A stretch of DNA of 64,000 nt, from positions 96,001 to 160,000 of the forward strand of contig CBFGKC010000006.1 of assembly GCA_965649265.1 (NCBI GenBank), written 5' to 3'. Position 1 is the first letter of the stretch; each line of letters opens with the position of its first letter. The notes beneath the pieces were generated by a model that saw only the letters and a program-made list of their open reading frames with translations, ran no database searches and had not been told where the DNA came from. The translations under genes and the position numbers were made by a program. The stretch is from a candidate division WOR-3 bacterium (GTDB taxonomy: Bacteria > Hydrothermota > Tepidihabitantia > B3-TA06). This document shows, one piece after another, positions 57,741-64,000 of this stretch.

Positions 57741-58934
57741 ATGAAGCGTGTGTACGTTATCTCCATAGCCGCGGCAGTCGTCCTTACAACCTGTTCCTTT
57801 CCTGAATACAAAGGTGAAGCACTCTGGACTTACGAGGTCTCAGGACACCTGGGTTCCACAGCGCTGGGCAACGACGGTACAATCTATTTTACCGTCGACT
57901 ACGTCTCCGATACTTTTAATGTTGACAGCGCCAGCCTTGTTGCCTTGAATCCTGACGGCTCACTGAAGTGGAGTCGTACCGAGAAATACGATGCCGGAAC
58001 CTACAACGGAATGGGGGCCTTATCCATCGGTTCGGACGGCACCCTTTACATCGCAGGCAAGTTACTTTATGCGTTATCTCCCGAGGACAGCGTTCTATGG
58101 ATGTATGAGCCGGAACAATACATATACCAGATTCTTGTCGGTGCGGATGGCACCCTTTATATCCTTGTCAATCGCACCCTCTGTGCTGTAACCGGCGAGG
58201 GGCAGCTTTTGTGGAAATCTCCCTTGAACCTGTGGAGACTCTACGGCGTGACTTCCGACGGAACCGTCTACGCCGCGGAAATAGATAATACTTTCTCCAA
58301 TATTGCGGTGAACGCGGACGGGTCTCTCAAGTGGCGCTACGACCGGGGAACGTCGAGCAACTGTCAGTATGCGGCAATCGGCGAAGACGGCTCAACCTAC
58401 TGCAGCGGTTTTGCGCTTAAGCCTGACGGAAGCCTGAAGTGGAAGTACGCCGGAATGTACGAGCCTTCTTTAGGAACGGATGACAACGTCTGCTCAGGCT
58501 CCTACATAGAAGAAAATAAGAGAGGGATCATTACCCTTGATACGAGCGGAAATCTTCTCTGGGAATACGAGATTCCGGGAAAGAGCTATGTTTCGGGGTT
58601 GAACCCGCCTGCTATCGGCGCCGACGGAACAATCTACATCGGTGAGTATTACATATCTATGGGCATAGGAAGCGACCCCGGCGTGGTCCCTCACGATTAT
58701 TACCTCTACGCGGTTGACAAGACCGGAAAATCGCTGTGGAAGTATAATACCGACGGCCAGGCTGCAGGCTCTCCGCTTATCGCACCCGACGGGACGCTTT
58801 ACCTCTGGTCCGAAACGTATTTGTCTGAGCTCGGCTACAAACTTCACGCGATAAAGACGGAGTCCATGGGGCTTGCCGCCTCTTCATGGCCCCGCCCTGG
58901 TCACGACAACCGGAATACGGGCTGCGTGCAATAA
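57741..58934 (+). CDS. PQQ-like beta-propeller lipoprotein (paralog of 56446)
   Basis: Same repeats; shared C-terminal TESMGLAxSSWPRxGHDNxNTG; lipobox LTT-C. Confidence 0.85.
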   Translation: MKRVYVISIAAAVVLTTCSFPEYKGEALWTYEVSGHLGSTALGNDGTIYFTVDYVSDTFNVDSASLVALNPDGSLKWSRTEKYDAGTYNGMGALSIGSDGTLYIAGKLLYALSPEDSVLWMYEPEQYIYQILVGADGTLYILVNRTLCAVTGEGQLLWKSPLNLWRLYGVTSDGTVYAAEIDNTFSNIAVNADGSLKWRYDRGTSSNCQYAAIGEDGSTYCSGFALKPDGSLKWKYAGMYEPSLGTDDNVCSGSYIEENKRGIITLDTSGNLLWEYEIPGKSYVSGLNPPAIGADGTIYIGEYYISMGIGSDPGVVPHDYYLYAVDKTGKSLWKYNTDGQAAGSPLIAPDGTLYLWSETYLSELGYKLHAIKTESMGLAASSWPRPGHDNRNTGCVQ

Positions 58935-59026
58935 TCTTTTCCGGTCCACTTGGAGGTTTAATACGGTCGCGCGGCAGTACCCGGTATTTTAGTTGACAGA
59001 TCGCGAAGCGCACCTTATAATGAAGG

Positions 59027-60160
59027 ATGAAGCGTTTGCTTATCCTTCTGGTCGCGGCGGCGTTGCTTGCAGGTTGCGCGTCCCAGTCGGTAAAAAAAGG
59101 TAAAACCGGGCTCGAACTGCTCTATATCGCGGACGTACCGGCCGACGATGCCGGGTGTTCGGCGCTCTACTCTACAATCAAGGGGTTCGAAAATCCCCTC
59201 GTCGTAGTTGATGATCCAACGTTCTCCACTATCTCCGATCTTGCCTGGTGGGAGGGGCAAAGGGAGCTTTTTCTCCTCGACTCTCTGGGTGTGGGACTTT
59301 TTTTCCTTCCTTCCTCCTGGATGCTTCTCGGTGCGGACAAGCTCAAGGAACTCTCGAACGAGGCCGATTTCTTCATGCCAGCGATGAATCTTGCCGACAA
59401 CTCGCTGCGCTACATTTTGCCTCGCTACATGATACGCAGGCAGGGTTCGTATCGTCTGGCCTTCTCTGCGGCGGTCAGACCGGAGAAACAAGCGTTTCTC
59501 ATTAAAGGAGAGAATCTTCTTAATGTGGATTCGCTTCTGCCCGTGACCGCTACTTACCTGGCCATGCAGTCCGATTTCTTCTTCTTTTTCAATGATGATT
59601 CGACCGGAAAGGTTTCATCGGGGATCAACTCCATTCCGCGTGGTGCCGGTTCTCGTCAGCTTTCCTTAAGCTTCCGCAGCACGACGGAATTCAAGCTTAA
59701 CCAGAAGCCCTTGAGACTTGCGGCCGCGTCTGCGACCAATCCATGCGCGCTGTGGCAGCAGAAGGCTGATTCCATCGACTTGGAGCTTCTGGGCGCGAGT
59801 TCTGAAGGCGTTTCCACGGACTCGCTGCGGCAGCTGGCAGCGAAGGCTCTTGGCTCAAGCGAGAGCGTAATGGTTTATCTCGGCGATGGGTTCATAAAAG
59901 ATTCGCTGCCCGCCGGTCAAATAACATTCGGCAAGATGCGCAGAGTTCTCGCCCCCGAGATTTTCGTCGCAGTTCCAAGACAGGATTTCGTCAACGCTTT
60001 CCCGCGAGAGGGGGAGGGGGTATCTCAAAAAATAAAGGAAGTGATTTTACCTTCATCTCTTTTCATCGCCGATGAGGCTTTAGGAAGCACTCACGCGAAG
60101 CCGACAGGATTGACTTCGGCTTCGCTGGTTCGTAAGATGTTTTCAAAGGAGGAGAAGTGA
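59027..60160 (+). CDS. lipoprotein, possibly a degenerate 5'-nucleotidase-like fold
   Basis: Lipobox LAG-C; DSLPAGQITFG resembles the 5'-nucleotidase C domain; promoter TTGACA-N17-TATAAT-N5-ATG. Confidence 0.65.
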   Translation: MKRLLILLVAAALLAGCASQSVKKGKTGLELLYIADVPADDAGCSALYSTIKGFENPLVVVDDPTFSTISDLAWWEGQRELFLLDSLGVGLFFLPSSWMLLGADKLKELSNEADFFMPAMNLADNSLRYILPRYMIRRQGSYRLAFSAAVRPEKQAFLIKGENLLNVDSLLPVTATYLAMQSDFFFFFNDDSTGKVSSGINSIPRGAGSRQLSLSFRSTTEFKLNQKPLRLAAASATNPCALWQQKADSIDLELLGASSEGVSTDSLRQLAAKALGSSESVMVYLGDGFIKDSLPAGQITFGKMRRVLAPEIFVAVPRQDFVNAFPREGEGVSQKIKEVILPSSLFIADEALGSTHAKPTGLTSASLVRKMFSKEEK

Positions 60161-60840
60161 CAGCTCAAGAAGCAACCATCAAAAAGGAACAAAAAACACG
60201 TGGTATTCGCTGGGGCAGGCTTATCTGGACGCTGTTCGTCGTCCTCTACCTCATAAACTTCGCAAAGAACCTCTTCGGCGACGTCGCTCAGAATGAAGCC
60301 GCAATACCCATAATCTACTTCATCGTATGGCTTTGCTGGCTCGGAGTGGAGTTTTACCTTGGGGCGCTCTTTTTCCAGTCGAGCCTTGTGATGAACTTTA
60401 ATCCATGGCTCAAGGCCGGTTTTGCCCTTTTCTTTTACGCCATGCAGGGGCTTGCTCCATGGGACGCATTCGCAAGCACACATATCCGCTTCGCATACCC
60501 CGTGTTCAACATCCTCGGGCTTCTCCTGTTCGGTCTCGGGATTTTTATACGCATCTGGTCGCTTATAGTCTTTAAACGCGCTAAAAACCCGAGGGACGTT
60601 CTGAAAACGAGGCCGTGGCTGATGTCGAGGCACCCGCGTTACATCGGCATGCTTCTCGTGATGTTTGCAATACCTCTCGTGTTCTTTTCGCCGTGGGCCA
60701 TGCTTGCGACCGTCGTAATCGGGCTGCCCTTGTGGTATCTTGAAACGAGATTCGAGGAGAAAAAACTTGCGGAAGAATGGGGCGAAACTTACAGGGATTA
60801 TTGCGCACGCACTCCCCTGGCTCCTCGTCTTAAGCCTTAG
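60157..60840 (+). CDS. ICMT/PEMT-family membrane methyltransferase
   Basis: SRHPRYIG, EEKKL..WGETYRDYC..TP; multiple TM segments. Confidence 0.85.
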   Translation: MTAQEATIKKEQKTRGIRWGRLIWTLFVVLYLINFAKNLFGDVAQNEAAIPIIYFIVWLCWLGVEFYLGALFFQSSLVMNFNPWLKAGFALFFYAMQGLAPWDAFASTHIRFAYPVFNILGLLLFGLGIFIRIWSLIVFKRAKNPRDVLKTRPWLMSRHPRYIGMLLVMFAIPLVFFSPWAMLATVVIGLPLWYLETRFEEKKLAEEWGETYRDYCARTPLAPRLKP

Positions 60841-61624
60841 TTCCTGTTCGCCGGCCGGGCATAAAGAAAAGGTCGTGGGCACACCTCGGAAAGTGGTGTC
60901 GCTCGTTCCCAGCATCACCGAGATAGTATACGCGCTTGGGGAGGATTCTAAACTTGTCGGCGTGACTACGTTCTGTGATTATCCGCCGCAGGTCAAGGAG
61001 AAATCTGTAGTCGGCGATTTTCTTCATCCCGATCCCGAGAAACTCAAGTCGCTGAAACCGGATATCGTTCTTCTGACAACCCCGACACAGGCTCAGCTGG
61101 CATCCGACCTGCGCGCCTCTGGATACAGGGTGGCCGTATTCGAGGACCCGGCGACGCTCGAGGGCGTATTCGCGCAAATCCAGGCACTCGCCGACACGCT
61201 CGGAGTCGGTTCCAAAGGCCGCAAACTCGCCGACAGCCTTCGTGCGAGCGTTACCGCCATCGGCGCAAGGGAAAGCCTTTCCTGCTACGTTGAAATCTCG
61301 GACGCTCCGCTGGTTGCGGCAGGCGCGTCCTACCTATCGGACGCGCTCGCGCACATAGGGCTTTTTAATATCTTTTCCGACCGCAGAGGATATCCTGCAA
61401 TAGACCCGGAGGAAGTCGCCAAACGCCAGCCGCAGGTGGTTCTGCTGCTTTATCCCAATGCGTCCGGGGCAAAGGTCTCCTCGCGCATCGGCTGGGCAAA
61501 AGTTCCTGCCGTCCAGAACCGTATGGTTTTTTCGAATCTTCCTCTTGACGAACTCATGCGTCCCGGGCCGAGGCTCATCCACGCTCTCATCGAAACCGAT
61601 TCCGTAATACGTGATGCGCGCTAG
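60740..61624 (+). CDS. BtuF-like ABC substrate-binding lipoprotein
   Basis: RKVVSLVPSITEIVYALG, VGVTTFCDYP, LMRPGPRL; lipobox LSS-C; start uncertain. Confidence 0.88.
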   Translation: MKRDSRRKNLRKNGAKLTGIIAHALPWLLVLSLSSCSPAGHKEKVVGTPRKVVSLVPSITEIVYALGEDSKLVGVTTFCDYPPQVKEKSVVGDFLHPDPEKLKSLKPDIVLLTTPTQAQLASDLRASGYRVAVFEDPATLEGVFAQIQALADTLGVGSKGRKLADSLRASVTAIGARESLSCYVEISDAPLVAAGASYLSDALAHIGLFNIFSDRRGYPAIDPEEVAKRQPQVVLLLYPNASGAKVSSRIGWAKVPAVQNRMVFSNLPLDELMRPGPRLIHALIETDSVIRDAR

Positions 61625-62558
61625 ACTGGGTTGGGCCCTCCTCCTCATCCTGCTTCTCATACTCGTTTCTCTCTCCCTCCTTATCGGTCCGGCGGGGCTT
61701 TCCTTCGGCCTGATTCTGTCTCGCCTGCCGAGAACCTTTCTCACACTCTTTGCAGGCGGCATCCTCGCTCTCGTCGGCGCGGCGCTTCAGGGGCTTTTGG
61801 AGAATCCGCTCGTCGATCCCTACATCATAGGCTCCTCATCAGGCGCAGGTGTCGGTGTTGCCCTTGCCTTGCTCACCGGCTGGACATCGGTGTACGGCAG
61901 ACCCTTGTTCGCATTCGCAGGCGCAATGGGTGCGCTTCTTCTCGTATACTTCTTTGCCCGCATGAAGGGCCGTATCTCACGTCTCTCCCTTATCCTATCC
62001 GGGGTCGCGGTCGGCTTCGTGGGTTCGAGTCTCGTAATGATTCTTATGGTGCTTTCCCGCTCCGAACTCTCCCAGATCATCTACCTCCTTATGGGTTCCA
62101 CCAACATCATCTTCACCCCTCAGGAGTTCTGGACCTTTGTTATCTCCGCATTTCTCTCCATAGTCCTTTGCACCTGGCTTATCACGCGCTGGCGCTCACT
62201 CGACATACTTTCCGCAAACATCGAGTCCGCCGAATCGCTCGGGGTCAACACCCAGCGACTGACGACCGAGGTTTTCATCATTTCAGCCGTGCTCGTGGGC
62301 GTTGTGGTCGCGTTTGCGGGCGCCGTCAGCTTCGTGGGTCTGATAGTTCCCCACATCGCCAGATTCATATTCGGTCCAAGGCATTTGCGCGTGCTGCCTG
62401 CAAGCTTTCTTGCCGGCGCGTCCTTGTTACTTCTTTCAGACATCATCCTCAGGCTTTTTGCCATGCTCACGAACGTCTACCTGCCTTTGTCCGTCATCAC
62501 CACTCTCGCAGGCGTGCCGTTCTTTCTTTTCATCATGAGAAGGAAGTCGAATGTTTGA
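61614..62558 (+). CDS. BtuC/FecCD-family ABC permease
   Basis: RLPR, LQGLLENPLVDPYIIG, AESLGVN, FVGLIVPHIAR, GVPFF. Confidence 0.93.
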   Translation: MRARLGWALLLILLLILVSLSLLIGPAGLSFGLILSRLPRTFLTLFAGGILALVGAALQGLLENPLVDPYIIGSSSGAGVGVALALLTGWTSVYGRPLFAFAGAMGALLLVYFFARMKGRISRLSLILSGVAVGFVGSSLVMILMVLSRSELSQIIYLLMGSTNIIFTPQEFWTFVISAFLSIVLCTWLITRWRSLDILSANIESAESLGVNTQRLTTEVFIISAVLVGVVVAFAGAVSFVGLIVPHIARFIFGPRHLRVLPASFLAGASLLLLSDIILRLFAMLTNVYLPLSVITTLAGVPFFLFIMRRKSNV

Positions 62559-63318
62559 GGTTCGTTCTCTTTCCTTTTCCTATCCCAGACGCCCGCTGTT
62601 CGAGAACCTTTCCGTCGGCATCGAAAAAAACGAGTTCGTCTCGGTCGTCGGTCCTAATGGGGCGGGCAAGAGCACGTTCGTCAAGCTTCTGGCTAGGCTT
62701 CTTTATCCCTCATCCGGCAAGATACTGTTCGAGAAGCGATCCCTCGCCTCTTATCCCCGCCGCGAACTCGCAAGGCGAGTGGCGTACGTTCCGCAGGAGA
62801 GCCATTTTTCCCTCGACTTCACCGTTCTCGAGACCGTGCTTCAGGGACGCCATCCCTATCTGGGCGCGCTCGAATTGTATCGCTCTTCCGACTACGCGCT
62901 CGCGCGCTCGTCGCTCGAAAGGCTCGGGATACTCCATCTCGCCGGGAAGAACATCAACAATATCTCCTCTGGTGAGCGCCAGCTTGCCGTCATATGCCGC
63001 TCGCTCGTGCAGGAGCCGTCGATCATCCTTCTTGACGAGCCCCTCAATCACCTCGACCTGCACCACCAGCTAGAAGTCCTTGTCCTTCTCAGGTCCCTTA
63101 ACCGGGAGGGGATAGGTATCGTTCTCGTCGCCCATGACCTCAATCACGCAGCGCTCTGCTCGAACCGCATGCTCATCTTCGCCCAGGGCCGTCTTGCGGA
63201 GGATAATTCTCCAGACGTTCTTCTCAATCCGGATATCATCGAACGCTACTGGGGCATCAGACCTCTCGAAGGCCGCCACCCTGAAACCGGCAAGCGCCAG
63301 ATATTCCTGCCACTGTAG
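62551..63318 (+). CDS. BtuD/FecE-family ABC ATPase
   Basis: GPNGAGKST, ISSGERQ, LLDEP, HDLN. Confidence 0.95.
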   Translation: MFEVRSLSFSYPRRPLFENLSVGIEKNEFVSVVGPNGAGKSTFVKLLARLLYPSSGKILFEKRSLASYPRRELARRVAYVPQESHFSLDFTVLETVLQGRHPYLGALELYRSSDYALARSSLERLGILHLAGKNINNISSGERQLAVICRSLVQEPSIILLDEPLNHLDLHHQLEVLVLLRSLNREGIGIVLVAHDLNHAALCSNRMLIFAQGRLAEDNSPDVLLNPDIIERYWGIRPLEGRHPETGKRQIFLPL

Positions 63319-63618
63319 ATTACCCCAAAATAATACTCCGTATTCTTTTGGGGACCCCGTAAGACACGAAAGCGCGAATCCCACACAAGCCCCTTCAGAT
63401 TTTCCTCAGCCCTCCTCAGCCCCCCTCACTCTCCCCTCAACTCGCCTCAGTTCCCCTCAGCCTTCCTCGGTTCTTTACGTATTGGCATCGCGCGTGATTT
63501 GTAAATTTGTCGTCGATCGCGAACAATCAATCTCTTAATTATTTCTAACCCTTTTATTTGTCGCGGCTGATTATTTTTATGAGGATGTGAATCGCAGGCG
63601 TAGTTGTGGAAGAAGGGG

Positions 63619-63677
63619 TACCCCGCAAAGATGCCGGGTCTCTTTGCGGGGTATTTAAAGGGCGGCTTTCGCCGCCC
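63619..63677. terminator. two hairpins between convergent genes
   Basis: TACCCCGCAAAGA...TCTTTGCGGGGTA and GGGCGGC-TTTC-GCCGCCC (followed by TTT on minus strand). Confidence 0.65.
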
Positions 63678-63698
63678 CACAGTCTGTCCCTGAACGAC

Positions 63699-64000
63699 TT
63701 ACTTTACGATAGTTACCTTTGCGGTCCTGGTACCCGCGCCGTTGTCGAGCCTGACGAAATAGACTCCTGTTGGAACATGACGTCCCACATCGTCCGTGCG
63801 ATTCCAGGAGAGCGTGTGATTGCCAGCGCTCGCCTCGGTGCTCGCAAGCATCCGCACCAGCCTGCCCGACGCGTCGAATACGGAAAGTGTCATGCTTCCG
63901 GCCTTCGGCAATTGGTAGTTGATGCGGACGCTGCCCGATGCCGACATATCGTTCACCGAAAGACTCAGCTCGCGAACCATCTCCATTGTTTGCGATTGCG
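63699..64000 (-). CDS. C-terminal part of a FlgD/T9SS-CTD protein (runs off window)
   Basis: FDASGRLVR, WNRTD, GVYFVRL, KVTIVK. Confidence 0.82.
   Translation of the reverse strand, partial: QSQTMEMVRELSLSVNDMSASGSVRINYQLPKAGSMTLSVFDASGRLVRMLASTEASAGNHTLSWNRTDDVGRHVPTGVYFVRLDNGAGTRTAKVTIVK

Noticed and set aside
61631-63073. 480-aa alternative-frame ORF
   Set aside because: Overlaps well-conserved permease and ATPase genes; Arg/His/Ser-rich codon-bias artefact.

Overview
64-kb bacterial window of moderate GC with AT-richer islets. Eight proteins carry T9SS/FlgD-like C-terminal sorting domains, and there are PorV/FadL-like, GWxTD and LVIVD proteins, which suggests an FCB-related or WOR-3-like uncultured lineage (inference). 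Most of the window is housekeeping genes (pdxJ, secD, secF, pgpA, cinA, thpR, Na/Pi symporter + PhoU, ispF, pruA, nnr, rsmA, tatD, polA, NUDIX, sugar-phosphate nucleotidyltransferase, Btu-type ABC) mixed with secreted beta-propeller proteins. The standout is 34063-41983 (minus strand): 12 tandem paralogous ~170-190 aa exported proteins followed directly by a radical SAM/SPASM enzyme. Each paralog has an unusually long conserved leader fused to a signal peptide, an invariant x-Cys-Tyr motif just after the predicted cleavage site, and a shared PNPTxGAD...DGxF Ig-like domain. This looks like an undescribed RiPP-like post-translational modification system acting on secreted proteins and lipoproteins. 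Other observations: many predicted leaderless transcripts from TTGACA-N16/17-TAnnnT promoters, a promoter-terminator unit with no ORF (candidate sRNA), several dispersed REP/MITE-like repeat families, CCCGTAACAC mini-arrays and an IS30-like remnant. No rRNA, tRNA or CRISPR array was found. All calls come from visual motif recognition; no database searches were run.
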